In this document: piece after piece, positions 40,427 to 54,720 of the stretch | Numbering within the stretch: position 1 is the stretch's first letter | Layout: every line of letters starts with the position of its first letter | NCBI GenBank assembly: GCA_951406725.2 | Contig: OX597819.1 | Span: 112,468,001-112,532,000 of the forward strand | DNA: 64,000 nt | From: Octopus vulgaris | Taxonomy: Eukaryota | Direction: 5' to 3' | Program-made: the position numbers and the translations under genes | Notes under the pieces: model-generated | What the model saw: the letters and a program-made list of their open reading frames with translations, nothing else | The model's database searches: none | What the model was told of the DNA's origin: nothing

Positions 40427-40742
40427 TGTATGTATGTATGTATGTATGTATGTATGTATGTATGTATGTATGTATGTATGTATGTATGTATGTATTTATG
40501 TATGTATACACACACATATCATTATATGATATTATATATTATTATGTTACATTATTTTATATTATATTATGGGTATTATACTTTTTTTCTCTGTCGGAAG
40601 AATTTTTAATAGGAAGTTCCTTATATGTCTATCTAACATGCAAATCTTTATAATTCATATTAGCAAATGAAACAGGTGTAATGGAGAAAAAATAATGCCA
40701 AAAATTTTCCAGTTTCCTGTTTTGTTAGATAGATCGATAGAC

Positions 40743-40822
<80 letters not shown>

Positions 40823-41929
40823 GCAAGAGAAACAGTGAGAAAAGCAAGTTGACTGTGTGATGGGTAGATTGAGAGTTGAGTGAATGAATGTCTGTACTTG
40901 TTTAATTAAAAACTATTTCAAAGAGAACGAGGATTCAATATTTTTACATTATTTTGCATTATTGCTTATTAAAGAAACGCAAGAGAAAATAACGTACAAT
41001 CGTCCGTAGCTTATCTGAGAGACACACACAAAAACATAGTAAAAAGTCGAACAATTGAGTGTTTGTTAACAAAGCTGAACAATTGAGTTTTTTTTTAACA
41101 GCACGGTTTATCGTCTGCTGCGATGGTTGCGCATGCGTACGTGTGTTTCATATGTGCTGTGGTGCGCTGTGTGTGTTTCTGTATTTTCAAGCGAGCTTAT
41201 GTGTGTCTATGTGTGTTAGTGAGTGTGCGTGCGTGTGTGCATGTGTGAGTGTGCTATGTATGTGTGTCTGTGTGCTGTTTCTGATAGATTAAATAATTAT
41301 TGCTCGTGTGTCTATTTGTGTGTTTGTTGGCCGATATCTGTAAAGGATTAAATAGTTGCTGCTTTTGTATTTCTTTTATATATGTATATTGTATTGTATT
41401 GTGTTTTTCTATTATTTTGTTTTATCCTTTGCTCTTATTCTCCTCCTACACTCTGATCCTCCCTCATCATCGTCAACTCACGTACGCTCCTGCTTTTTAT
41501 TAAGGTAGGATGAAATATTAAAAAGCAAAAAAAGATTAAAAGCACTACAAATAATAATATTAATAACAATAATGGATGAATAAATAAGATTAACTAAAAA
41601 GGGACGAAAGAAAAGCAAATATTTTTGAAACTATTTAATGTTTAGATTGAATAAATAATAGGAAAAATGAAGGGATGTCACATGTTAGTGTTGTATGTGT
41701 TGTGCGGTTGTGGGAGATAATGCTGTTACTTCTTGGCGTAAAACAACTAGGTCAAATGTGTGTGTGAACACACATACACGCACACACACACACATGCACA
41801 CACATGCATAAGTCAATGTACATGTAGATGGGTGCAGGTGTACGAATGAGTACACGTTAATACATGCAAACTTTAAAAGAAGAAAAGTTCTCAATACGAA
41901 GTGTAGACTGGTCTGGAGACGGACGGTGC

Positions 41930-44340
41930 TGTTGGCTTTCGCTGGCTCTCTCAGACCAGTGACATTGATGTTGCAAATGGAAGAGATAAGTCCAAAGAAG
42001 GAACTGCTGAGTACCGACACATTTGTCGGGAATGACTGGCGGTTGGGGCTAACGTAAAATATTACAGGAGTTGATGGCCACAACGAGGAAGATTAAAAAG
42101 AGAGACGAACGGGTTGGTAATGCCAAAGAGGACGTGATATCAAACCAACCAACACCGAGGATAGAGGTCATTATGGTAACGACATATGGGTGAGAAACTG
42201 GATAAGTTCTGTGAGTGAGTTTATGCCAAACATCCAGATAGCACTTATCCCACTTTTTGGACTGCCGTATAAGCCGTATAAGCTTGTATAAGCTTGGAGG
42301 CCCACAGCGGGAGGGCTAGGTCAAGCGCTGCCCCGGGCCATTCTCACACTTTAGCTACTATATTTCCCTTTTGGACTCTGTATCAAATATCTGTGTGCAT
42401 CAGCAACACGGTCCAAAATGTGAGATCAATGTTACAGTGTGGTTCTCCCCTTGACTTTGAAGAGTATCAGTAATCGTTGGAGGTTGAAATGTTTTCTGGC
42501 TCTGCAAAGGACAGTCAGTCAAAGATGCGGCTCAAGCTTTTTTAAATATGCACTTTGCGAGGAGAGATATTTTGTAATAACGAGATACGAGGTCCAACAT
42601 TTGGAACGATCATGAGGGCTCCGGTTGAGTGCTGCTCTTGTTTAAGGAGTTATGATGCGACATTGTTTTCTTGAAATGAGTCGCGTTTGTGTTCTCTTGG
42701 AACAGTCAAAATTGGTATGTCCTGATCTGATGATGCTTTCGATGTTTCTGTTCATAGAATTTGTGCGGATTGTTGTGTAGCGTCTTGGATGCATGTGGAT
42801 GATGCACAGTTAGGGAAAGTTACAGAAGAATGATAGGTAATCTCCTTTGCGTGAACGCTGTTTGGTGTGATAACAAGTCGGTCATTAATGTAGAGAAGGA
42901 AGGGAAATGAAGGACAAAATCGAACACAGAAGCACGAGGGAATTATTAGTACGGGAACAGAAAGAACTCCATCAACACACCACAAGAGTTGGATCTGAAG
43001 GGAAGCTACCGATCAAAAAAATTAAGAAACGAGAGAAGACCATAGCAAGGCAGTTTCAGTAAATTTGGATGCCAGTCATAGTGGAAAGCTTGACTGATGT
43101 CAAAGTCAGCAGCATAGCTTTCACCAAATTTCTTTCATGTATGTTTGAGTCTCTTTGTCTTTGTGTATGTTTGAGTCTCTTTGTCTTCACATCATGTGGA
43201 AGTTGTGAGTGTCACTCGCACACACAGTGTCTTTTATTTTCAGTTATTTTTTTTGTGAAAAATATGTCTGACTATGGAAACAATTATAGATGACATAAGA
43301 GTTGGTCACCAATGGAAAGGGCTACGTAAAACCTTCACTGGGTTTTTTTAATGAGGGGAGGAGAGAAGGGGTTAGGAGAAACTCAAAAGTGTTGAATGAC
43401 GTTAGTAAAGACCGGTTACCCATTTTTTTTATTATTTAGAAGTGACAGCGATAGGACGATAGTTAACAGGGTCAGAGGAATCGCCTTCTTTGAGAATGAG
43501 ACATTAAGACATGCTGGGATTTCTTTCCTTTCTTTTGCAAGGATTAGGAATGATCTTTGTAGAAAGAGACATACTGAAGAGGTGTGTGGGTATGAGGGTT
43601 AGCTCCGTGGTGCAAAAAGTCTAGCATCTTGGAGATTTACCATGTGTATATGTAGCGCGGAATAGGCTGTAAAGTGGAGACTTTCTCCGTGGTGGTACTG
43701 TTCATAGAACCATACTTTTGAAGTGAATGGAAAAAGTGTTCTGCAAAGCTAGTAGATATTCTTTTGGCTAGGGACAAAAAATTACGCGCTGCATTTTGGG
43801 AAGCAAGGAAGTTTAACAGTTCTGCGATGCAGAGAATCATTTTTCTAAGTTCAGGTAGTAATTTCACAGAACTTGCGCCTTTGAATTAATGCCGCTCACT
43901 TTGGGGGTAGTTGGTGAGTTTTTTCAAGGATTGTTTTTGGCCTAAATAGTTGCAGTGTAACTATAAGTGAACCAACTGAGAAACTTAGATCATTGACTTT
44001 TGTTGTGTGTGGAATGTGGAAGGACATACTTAAAAGGACAGTTTTAGTTACTTATCTAACTGTTTCTCTTGGGTCAGGAGTGAAGCATATGTGCTACCAG
44101 GAGCAGCTAGCATAAAATTCATGGACAAACATTGTGTAGCATTGTCGTTCTCACAGACATCAGAGAAAAGGAGGAAAATTTGTCCACAGGGTTTACTTCT
44201 GGTTTTTGACATTTTAGAGGGGAGGAGAAGGTGGAGTTGCATTGACAGGTCATAGTACACTTCAGCCGTAGGGCTGGATCAAATGCTTGCAACAGAAGAA
44301 CGCACCAAGTGGTGGTGTCAAACCAGGCGGTGTGATGTGC
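41930..44340 (-). mobile_element. Old, fragmented LINE (Jockey/I/Nimb-like) remnants
   Basis: PFLLYIND RT-like motif near 42890 and other ORF-like minus-strand scraps. Heavily decayed. Confidence 0.4.
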
Positions 44341-44450
44341 ATACGATCCATAAAAATGCTTAAAATACCGAAAGCAAATCTCCAAGTCGCGATACTTACA
44401 CATATACATATGTACAATTATACATATCTGTATGTATATATATATGCACG

Positions 44451-44482
<32 letters not shown>

Positions 44483-44573
44483 TGTATGTATGTATATATA
44501 TGTGTGTGTGTGTGTAATATATGGTATACTTATAAACAGGGCAAATTTTAACCATTTCTCCGCAGACTGAAAA

Positions 44574-44636
44574 AATGATGAACTTTAATTGATTTTCGAA
44601 CCTTTTGGGGTTCTCATCAGAGGCGTCTACATCATT
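44574..44636 (-). ncRNA. Hammerhead-ribozyme-like motif with canonical core
   Basis: Minus strand CUGAUGA-GAACC-CCAAAA-GGUUC-GAAA-A-UCAA-U-UA. Distal stem I AAUGAUG/CAUCAUU. Proximal stem I imperfect. Confidence 0.6.
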
Positions 44637-44814
44637 CTGACAGTCTCCAGAGAAACAAGCAGCCAAACTGTTTATATGTATGTATGTCTTCTAAACACAA
44701 TGTGGAATTTTAAACAGATGTATATAAAAAACCCTTCTTTATTATTACACCTGTTTAAAGTTTTGAAATATTTTAAGATGGTGAAATACCTTTAAAAATG
44801 TAGTAACTGAATAT

Positions 44815-45330
44815 GATTCCACATACGATCAAATATATAATGCTGGTGAAACAGGAGCTTATTGAGAGTGTTTGCCCTCAGAATTTTTGGCTGGAAAACA
44901 TTGCTGAAATACAACAGAATTTAAACTTAATATGATCTGATCAAGTGTCTTAACATGTGCTAGTACTTCAAGTCAGAATAAAAGAAGCGTTTGAGGTTTG
45001 GAAAATTCAAGAGCCTGCAGGCCTTAAACAGGATTGTGCATTTGCCCAAAGTGTCCTTAGATGGACAAAAATAATATTTCGTGATTGGTTTGTTCCTGAA
45101 TCTGTTGGTTTAGTTCGTCAAACTGAAGGAAATTGAGGAAACTTAACGTATATAAAAATGGTCTGCTACTGCTTGACAACTTTAAGGCCCACGCGACTGA
45201 ATCAAAAATTGCTATCTGAATATTCGCATATATTACTTTCCACCAAGCATAACACTCCATGAACCAAATAGCTAACAGGAAATTTGAATCTCAACATAAA
45301 AATTACTTCATGAGGACGATGAATAAGAAA
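44815..45330 (+). pseudogene. Decayed pogo/Tigger-type DDE transposase
   Basis: QIYNAGETGAY*ECLP (NxDETG-like), LLLLDNFKAH, and a PP motif downstream. Confidence 0.7.
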
Positions 45331-45721
45331 TGACATGTAGGTATAGTCTCCATCAGTCAAGTTTGTCCATGCCTCTCAGCAATGCATAAACTTAGGCAAA
45401 CACATTTCAGGAAAGCTATCGGTTACCCTCGTATGCAGGTTTCCTCTCTGCACGCCATCAATGTTTATCTAAAAGAATGCTCGCCAAAATGGGCTGATAC
45501 AACTTGACATCAGTGTGGATGTTTCTGGCATTGCCGCCAGAATGCAAAGAGCCAGAATGAATATTATAGAATATATAGCGCCCGATATCTTAATAGCGCT
45601 GCCAATCCACCGCCCTGGATGACACATTTTTTATATATCCCGAGTGGATATATAAAAGCAAAAGAGACCACGACGAGATTTGATCTCAGAGTGCAGAGAG
45701 TTGAAACAAACACTGCGAAAT

Positions 45722-46103
45722 GTAGGAGTGGCTGTGTGGTAAGTAGGTTGCTTACCAACCACATGGTTCCGGGTTCAATCCCACTGCTGGCAACTTGGGC
45801 AGGTGTCTTCTACTATAGCCTCGGCCCGACCAAAGCCTTTGTGGGTGGATTTGGTAGACGGAAACTGAAAGAAGCCCGTCGTATATATGTATATATATAT
45901 ATATATATGTATGTATGTGTGTGTATATGTTTGTATGTCTGTGTTGTTCCCCCTAACATCGCTTGACAACCGATGCTGGTGTATTTACGTCCCCGTAACT
46001 TAGCGGTTCGGCAAAGAGACCGATAGAATAAGTACTAGGCTTACAAAGTACTAAAGGCGTTGCTCCAGCATGGCCACAGTCAAATGACTGAAGTAAAAGA
46101 GTA
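45722..46103 (+). mobile_element. CORE-like SINE
   Basis: Head, central (TA)n/(TG)n and 3' body. Confidence 0.85.
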
Positions 46104-47020
46104 AGCGTTTTATCGAAAGCTTTAACGGCTCAGCCAATTCCACACACACATACACACACAATATAGATACGTGTGTGTTTGTTCATGTTTGCCTCCCCAC
46201 CCCATCACTGTTTGACAACCAGTGACGGTTTGTTTACGTACTTGTAACTTAGCTAATCGGCAAAAAAGAACCGATAGAAAAAGTACTAAACTTTAAAAAA
46301 TATATAAGTGCTGGAGTCACTTCGATCGAATAATTTCTTCGAGGCAGTTACCCAACAACGCAGCAATCCAATGGTTTCAAATTTTGACACAAGGCCAGCA
46401 ATTTCGGAGCTAAGTCAATTAGATTGACCCCAGGGCTTGACTGGTACTTATTTTATCAACTCTGAAAGAATGAAAGGCAAAGTCAACCTCTACGGTATTT
46501 GACCTCAGAACGTAAAGACGGACGAAATGTCGCTAGTCATTTTTCTTGGCATGCAAACGATTCTGCCAGCTCGCTGCCTTGCTAGATCGTTATATGAGAA
46601 CTCAACACATTTGAGTGTCTCATTTCTTTCATTTTTACAAGGAAAGGTTTAACTGTGAGTTCAAATGTTCACTTGCCACTGACTTCGTTATGAATGCAAA
46701 TTAACGCTTACAAACTCGGCCAAATGTACCCAACACAAAAACTGGAGTGAAATATAATTTATTATAGCTCCAACATTAATGTTTACATCTCTTGGTTCCT
46801 GAGGTGATTAGTAGTTATAAATAATCAATTTGATGGATTAATTAGTTTTTATTATTTTTCAAAAATTATTTTACAATATAAGTGTATCTTAATAGCACTT
46901 ATGATCTGAAAAGCTGCAGGGTGACACTTTATGCTACAATTGTAATGTTTCAACTATAATAAATAAATTATTTATATAGATGCCGAGGTGCAGGAGTGGC
47001 TGTGAGTGCAAGAGTGGCTA

Positions 47021-47184
47021 CAGGTGGAGGAGTGGCTGTGTGGTAAGAAACTTACTTCCCAACTATATGGTTCCCGGTTCAGTCCCACTGCGTGGTACCT
47101 TGGGCACGTGTCTACTATAGCCGCGGGTTGACCAAGACCTCATGAGTGGATTTGGTAGACGGAAACTGAAAGAAGCTCATCGTA

Positions 47185-47217
<33 letters not shown>

Positions 47218-47485
47218 GTATGTGTGTATGTATGTGTGTGTGTGTATGTATGTATGTATGTATGTATGTATGTATTTGTGTGTCTGTGTCTCTCCCCCAC
47301 CATCGCTTGACAACCGATGTTGGTGTGTTTATGTCCCCGTCACTTAGCAGTTCGGCCAAAAAGACCGATAGAATAAGTATTAAGCTTACAAAGAATAAGT
47401 CCTGGTGTCCATTTGTTCCACTAAAGGCGGTGCCCCAGCATGGCTACAGTCAAATGACTGAAATAAGTAAAAGAAATAAAAGTTA
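47021..47485 (+). mobile_element. CORE-like SINE
   Basis: Same structure, with the head start duplicated at ~46987. Confidence 0.85.
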
Positions 47486-47772
47486 AAGAATAGTTATAAA
47501 GTTAAGGAAGTAGTTTCGCACTTGGGTCCAGGTTCGATTATATTGGTTCACACCGGTTTCACTGTGTGGTGGCGGCGGCAGTGGAGGTGGTGTGTGTGTG
47601 TATTGTTCTAAGATACATCTCGCGGATGCTATAAGATGCATCGTCAGTGATGTTTTTGGGCCCCCAGCGGGGTTTTGGGTCTTTCAACATCAGACCCTCT
47701 CATCCAGTTGACCCAACGCTTTAGGTTTTTCTGCAAAATCATGACAAAACCCTGCTATCCGTTGGTTAAAAT

Positions 47773-50700
47773 CTTGGCTTCGCTGATGAAGATTAGGAAG
47801 GCTGCCGTCCACGTCGTCAGCCCGCTCGTTCGTCGCTGATAAGGCCGATGTGGGATTGACATATCCGATTGCAGTGATGACAGGGGTATGGTTGTTCGGG
47901 GTTTGATAATGCAGCCGCATTCTTTCTTCGCCTCTAATGTTTGTCTTCAAGTGAAGCACTGCGAGAGATTTCAAAGGAGGAAACAATTTCGCTGACGGTA
48001 TGGTGGCAAGCGACGCGGTCAGCTGCTAGAGTGAACCACTCATGATAATAAATGTCACAAACTCTAAGGGTCTGCTTCAGACAGTCCTTGTAACGCTCCT
48101 TGGTGCCCTCCTGTTGCGGTGACCGGTGGTGAGCTCATCGTACATTTTGATCATGGGTAGGTGGTGGTCATTCATCCTGTCAACGTGCCCTAACCAATGC
48201 AGTCGTGTCTTAAGTAAAATGGCTTCTAGGTTGATGATCTTTGTTCGCTCGAGGACATATTGGTGATGTAGTCGCTCCAATAGATGTCGAGGATGGCACT
48301 GAGACAGCGTTGCTGAAAACGTCCGCGGAGTCTCAGATGATAGCAGTAGGAAACCCAGGACTCAGAGCCATATAGGAACATCGTGAGGACGACGGCTATG
48401 TAGACACTGACTTTTGTGTTGCTCTTAAGATGCTTGTTGTTCCACACACGCTTGTACAGTCTACCAAATGCTTTGTTTGCCTTTGCAAGTCTGTTGTCAG
48501 TTTCTTTGCAGATACTCGCATCTGAAGAGATGGTGCAATCCAAGATAAGTGAGCTGTTGTACCGACTTCGGTTCTGTTTCGGCAATGCTGATGTGGGGCG
48601 GGCTGTACTCTTCATGAGGAGTTGGTTGGCATAGAACTTCAGTCTTTTTCAAGCTTACTTCGAACCCGAAGAGCTTGGCGGCCTCTGAAAAGTAGTATGT
48701 GATGTACTGCAGGGCCTTTTCTGTGTGTTCGACAAGTGCAGCATCATCTGCAAAGTAGAGGTCTTGAATCAGTTGCTCTTGGGTCTTGGTATGTGCTTGT
48801 AGGGGCCGGGTTGAAAAGACTGTCATCCAGACGATACCTGATGCAGACGCCGTTTTCAGCGTCGAGGTCTGCAGTGGCCTGCTTGAGCATCATGCTGAAG
48901 AAGATGCTGAAGAAAGTTGGTGCTAGACCTGCTTCACGCCGTTGTTGATGGGGGAATGGCTCTGATATGTCGCTGTTCAGGCGGACTTGTCCTTGTTGGT
49001 CTTCGTGAAGCTGGATGGTCATGGTTAGGAATTTTGGGGGACAGCCGAGTTGGTTTAGGATCTGCTCACAGTGTCGAATGCTTTTATCAGATCGACAAAT
49101 GTTGCAAGGATTGCTTTGTTTTTCTTCCAGCACTTTCTTTGGAGCTGCCTGAGAACGAAAACCATATCTATTGTGCCCCTGTTGGTTCTGAAACCACATT
49201 GGCTTTCTGGGAGATGATTTTTGGTGGACAGAACAAGTCTGTTGAGGAGTAGTCTTGCTAGAACTTTTCCTGCACTGGAAGGCAGGGTGATTCCCCGGTA
49301 GTTTGAACAATCTGACTTTTCCCTTTCGTTTTTGTAGTGTAATGATGACAGCATCGCGGACACCCCGTAGCGGTTTACCCTGTTCCCAGCATGCAACGAG
49401 GAGGTCGTGGAGTTTAGCATGTAGGACAGAACTCCCATGCTTCCATATCTCTGGTTGTATGCCATCGACTCCTGCTGCCTTTCTGCTCTTCAACCGGCCT
49501 ATGGCAACTCTAGTCTCTTCCAGGATTGGAGGCTCATCTAGTTCCATTCTGACTAGCTGCTGCTGGATGGGGAGGATTATGTTTTGCTGGACAACTCGGT
49601 TTTCACTGAAGAGGGCCTGAAAGTATTCAGACCAGTGGTTGAGGATGGATGATGTGTCTGTGAGAAGCGCCTGGATGTCTGAGATGCGCAGGGAACTCCG
49701 GGCTTGATGTGTTGGGCTGTAAACTGCTTTGAGAGTTTCGTAGACCCACCCACCCCGTAATCGCCAATGTCAGTGTACAACTGGGTTCTCTATACGAGGT
49801 TAGTCCACCACTCATTCTGAACTTCACGGAGTTTGCGCTGCAGTAAGTTGCAGGCTTGGCGAAAGGCCGCTTTTTTTTTCTGAGTAGGACGGTTGTGACA
49901 GTTGTGCTTCGTGGACAGACCTCTTCCTCTTTAGTAATTCCTGGATCAGTACATCGTTTTCGTCAAGTCAATCCTTGTTCATTTTCTTCGTAAACCCAAG
50001 GATTTCTGCAGAAGTCTGTAGGATGGCGGTTTTCAGTTGTCCCCATAGGATTTCTGGAGAGGAATCTGAGGCCCAATTGAATTGATTAAGCTTTGCCTGT
50101 AGGCCTGCCTGAAAGTTTACTGTCATTTCGTTTAGCTGCAGAACGAGAGTTTTGATTTTCTTGTTGACCGGTTCTCTCTTTTTTGGTTTGGTCTTGAAGT
50201 GGCGTTTGAGTTTGCAACAGACAAGGCGATGGTCAGTATGGCTTTATGCACTAAACATCGCTCTGGTATACTTGACGTCAGATTGGACTCGTTGGTGCAC
50301 TAGAACGTAGTCAAGGAGGGGCCAGTGTTTTGATCGAGGATGCATCCAGGTTGTTTTCAGACTGTCTTTTTGCTGGAAGATGATATTGGTGATGAGGAGC
50401 TGATGTTCGGTGCAGAACTTAAACAAAAGGCGCCCGTTGTCGTTGCAGTTCCCAACCCCGTGTTTTCTGAGGACTCCTTTCCAGGTTTCCGAATCTCGGC
50501 CCACTCTGGCGTTGAAATCTCATAGGATTATGACATTATCATCGACGAGGGTTCTTTGAAGGAATCTGCACAGATCGGAGTAAAATTTGTCTTTGTCTGC
50601 TGGGATTGCTTGAGGGTCGAAGTGTAAACGCCGAAGATCGTGGCATACTGCTTGTTTTTCAGAGGAGGCGCTTGGAGATGATGCGATCAGAGTGACCTGC

Positions 50701-51713
50701 TGGTAGAGTTTCCAGCTTGGAGGCGATGGAGTTCTTTATCATGAAGCCAACACCTGAAAAGCGTCTTTCTGATGGGGGTTTGCCTGACCAATATAGGGTG
50801 TATCCGGAACCATGTTCTTTCAGACTGCCTTCCTTTGAGAGCCAGACTTCGCTGTGATGTCAATATCTAGCCTGGACAGTTCATGAGCAATGAGAACGGA
50901 TCGGCGTTCTGGGCGACCTCTATCGTTGAGTCAAGAATGGTTCTGACGTACCAACGTGCGATCTTCAGACCCTTGGCAACCTTTGAAGGGTGTGTGAAAT
51001 CTTTCTTTTTTGTACTTGTGCGTGTTCACCCGCTTGAGGATGCACGTTGGCGGCAGGATGCCAACTGGGTTTGTTGGAGACGAGCTTTCTTTCGGCCACG
51101 TTTTTAGGCCCCTCTCCATGTGGAGCAAGCAGTGACTCCCTAGATAAGACTGCTTGGTCGTTCGGGATGCTGCCTAGTGATGTTGTCTCCAGGTCAACAC
51201 CAGGCCACCAATGTTCCGAACTGCCTGCATGCAGGTTGGGAGATGCGGCTTCTAGTGACGTCTTCCACCTGCCGTTTTCGCCCCCTTCCTATCGCTACAG
51301 GGCTTGGGGATTTGTGGTCATGGATGTGGACAGGTCCTTCGGCCTGCACGATGAAGTTTTAAAGTGAAGTGCATCCTGCGCAGAACTGACCCCTCTCTTT
51401 ACACCCGGGGTTCATCTGTCGTGGCCTAGCAAGCTGGGACAATGACAGAGAGGTCCTCGAGTCGTAGGTTTTATATCAGAGTTTCCTTCTCCTTGACAGG
51501 CTGCCAATCATGGTTAACGAGTCCCATCTGTTCGGAGCGGCCTGGTTATACTGTGCCAGATGCCCACAGTCGTCCTCTCTTGTTGGTTTAGATTCAGGTG
51601 GTACCACAAGGAAGTTTGGGTAGAACTTGGGGCTTGCACCACTCTGTGGAAGTTTTAGCCCAGTATGGTGTTCGTCTAAACCAGCATCTGGTGATTATGT
51701 GGACCCCCATGTA
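47773..51713 (-). mobile_element. Apparently full-length, decayed RTE-BovB-like LINE with TSD
   Basis: Long 5' UTR; APE (LKIARWYVRT, GVGF, DFNA, NDNG, HPRSKHW); RT (NYRGITL, QCGFR, FVDLIKAFD, FADD). 11-bp TSD TTGGTTAAAAT (47762-47772, 51714-51724). Confidence 0.92.
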
Positions 51714-51732
51714 TTGGTTAAAATAATCACTG

Positions 51733-52020
51733 TGGTCACCGTGACCGACTAGGCTATCAGATGTTGCTACACATCGCTGGTTACAATGCGCTTCGCATTG
51801 TTTTAGCCTTCAAATGACGCCACTCCACTGGCTAAGTGAGCAGGCCAACAGAAGAAAGAGTGGGAGAAAGTTGTGGCGAAAGCGTACAGCAGGGATCACC
51901 ACCACCCCCTGTCGGAGCCTCGTGGAGCTTTAGGTGTTTTCACTCAATAAACACCCACAACACCCAGTCTTGAAATTAAAACCACGATCCTACAACCCTG
52001 AATCCGCTGCCCTAACCACT
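51733..52020 (-). mobile_element. tRNA-derived SINE (third family), 5'-clipped
   Basis: Copy of 19676-19981. Confidence 0.85.
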
Positions 52021-52429
52021 AAATATAAAGTAGTAATACAAAATACATATAAAAACATAATAGTAAATAAATAAGTATTATAAAGAATAAAGAATAGATT
52101 GCACAGCTTCTTAGTAATAAAAAGATGGGATTAACTTCTATACTGGTGAGAAGCTCAAATTTTAAAAATTTTATTTTTATTTTCAATTTTGATTTTTAAT
52201 TTCAATTAATTTTATATATTTTGCACTTTTTAATTTTGGTATTTTTCAACACCTTATTACTTTTCATTTTAAATTTCAGTGTTAACTTTAGGTTAAAATA
52301 GTTATTATAAAACATAGAAACTAAAAACTAAAATATTAGATATAAAACTTTCAGAAAAACATTAAAAGTTAAAGAATTGAAAAATTGAAATTCAATCAAA
52401 AGTTTGAATATCAACACGTTTGCAAAAAA

Positions 52430-53270
52430 CTTACACATGCAAATGCTACCAGTCAAAAGCTCCACATACCGGGCCAGCAAGTGTATGGGGTCATCAGGAG
52501 AGAATGCGTGCCATTTTGGTGCCTACCTCTCAACAGCATCATTGCGCACCAGCTCCCACCCTACTTGCTAGATCAACTGGTTATCAGATATAGTTCAATA
52601 TTCTTCTAGCCATTGCTCATTGTCCCTTTTTAATCAAATCCAGTGGCTAGCCTTTTCCACCATAGTTAGGATATCACTCAGGGTGGTATTTGCTTTATGA
52701 TGAGTTAGGCCTAACGATAACAACAATCACCTCACACTATCCGACGAATCCCCTACATCCGACTTTGATTGGAAAATGCTTCACTTTCTAGCCTGCGTTT
52801 TCACCATGTGCAGACTATTTGTTGACAGACAATTCACCGACAGACAATTCTCACATGGCCTCAGACTTGACACTGAGGCCTACATCAAGTGCCTGGAGGA
52901 GATTGTGCTGCCCTGGGTCAAGAGGGTGGCTGTTGGAACACCCCATGTCTGGCAACAGAACTCTGCACCATACCACACAATTGTCCTGTCTGTAAGTTGT
53001 CTATCAGTCAACTGTCTGTCAATGAATTGTCCGTCTACCGTTTTCACATTCCTCAAGGAGATTTTCATAATGGTCAATCTTTCGAGTCCAAGTGGCATCC
53101 ATGTTATCTTCATGAGGAACCGTTAACTTGACTACATTTACCACTTTCTTTCTTTCACACCATATTATGATATCCGGTTTCTTTGTAACTGGGATGGGAA
53201 AGAATCTTTGACACCCTGGTAAATCTGCAGCCACCCTCCTATAGCCAATCTAATTTTCATCACTCACAGG
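52430..53270 (-). mobile_element. HERO/R2-like RLE non-LTR element 3' end, interrupted by a MITE
   Basis: KKPDIIIW..KLTVPHEDN..RKIDHYENLLEECEN, continuing in frame as AG*KVKHFPIKVGCRGFV once the insert is removed. Confidence 0.85.
52805..53039. mobile_element. MITE with 8-bp TSD carrying a Tc1/mariner (maT-like) transposase fragment
   Basis: TSD GTTTTCAC (52797-52804, 53040-53047). Inverted GACAGACAATT / AATTGTC subrepeats. Internal HGLRLDTEAYIKCLEEIVLPWVKRVAVGTPHVWQQNSAPYHT. Confidence 0.75.
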
Positions 53271-53989
53271 AAGTTTCTTCCTCTTGAAAAGTTAACATTG
53301 AAATTGAAAATTAAAAACTAAAAGTTAAAACTAATAATGTATTGAAAAATTTCCAAATTAAAATTGAAAAAAAAATCTAATTAAAATTGAAATTAAAAAA
53401 TTGAAATAGAATATAAAAAAATAAAATTATAAAATAAGAATAATTTTCCTTTCAAAATTAAAATCTAGGAAATTTAAAATTTAAGTTAAAAAATTTTAAA
53501 ACTAAAAGTAATTTTCATATACTAAAAATAAAAAATGTATATATATAAAAAAAATAAATACAAATAGAAAATGAAAGATAAAAAATAAATTGAAGTTAAA
53601 ATGAAATGAAATATGACTTAAAGTGACTTAAAATGTGAACAAAAATTAGATATACCTATACATACACATACATTTAAAACCTAGCACCCAGGTATGAATA
53701 CACACATGTGCGTGCACACACAAACACATGTATAATTTACACACACATTCATAGAATCACACACACACACACTCACACACACATGCATACACGCACACAC
53801 GCATATGCCCATATAGATATATGCTATAAGAATATACTCTCTAGGCAAAGTAAAAACATGAAAAATAAAAGTATATATAGAAGGGCATTTTAAAATATTT
53901 AGAAATATACCAGTATACCAACGATTGATAAAGAAGGAAGTACAAATCTGGCAGGTAAAAGGAAACAGGTCTATAGCATATCTTGCTGG

Positions 53990-54720
53990 GAGTGGGGGAT
54001 CAAAATTTCAAAATGAACTTGGTGGCACGCATGCAGATACCAAAGATTTCACTTTTGGCATTTAGATATGTTGCAAAGTTCAGTGAGTGCTTCAGGATGA
54101 ACCACATTATGTGTTGCAGAGCCCGCACCTTCTGCTACCATTTGCATAGAGTTTACCTTCAAGGACTTTCCTGTTGAAAGTATAAATGGAGCAAGCAGAA
54201 ATTCCTGAAACTTTGTGATTTTTCACTTATTCTAATTCCTGAGGGAGGTGGTATGGTTATTGAACTTTGTCTTGATGTTTCCAACTGAAAGCTCTTCGTG
54301 TCTCTTGGTGCAGATTGTATTGTCAGTATTGATTACTTTCACTGACACTTTGTATATGGTGGCCTTGATCTTGCAGGCTCCATTTAGCAGGCACAGAATT
54401 CTGTTCTTGCAAGAAAAACTGGCTTCTCAAGGTGGTGTGTCCTGTGTGCCGTTATATTTTTGAAATTGGGGGTAGAACAACCATGTCTGTTAAAAAGTTT
54501 CCTGTGTGTATGGTAGGTAGGAAAACGCTTACCTATTAAGACCAAATGGTTTTACCTACATTAGCGGCAACATTTGAAGAAGGGTTGGCGTGAACAAGAT
54601 TATCTTTCGGTGTCTGTTCCCCCTTCTTGGTGGTCCCATACTGAAAGTGCATTTTATTTCTTCTTTGAAGCTGCCTGCTTCAAGAGTGTTGTTGTAAAGG
54701 GGACAGCCTTGTTGAAGATT
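53990..54720 (-). pseudogene. Penelope-like element remnant (second lineage)
   Basis: Minus strand RKLFNR..TPNFKNI..CLLNGACKIKATIYKVSV..KTKFNNHTTS..YANGSRRCGLC..LNAKSEIFGICMRATKF. Confidence 0.8.
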
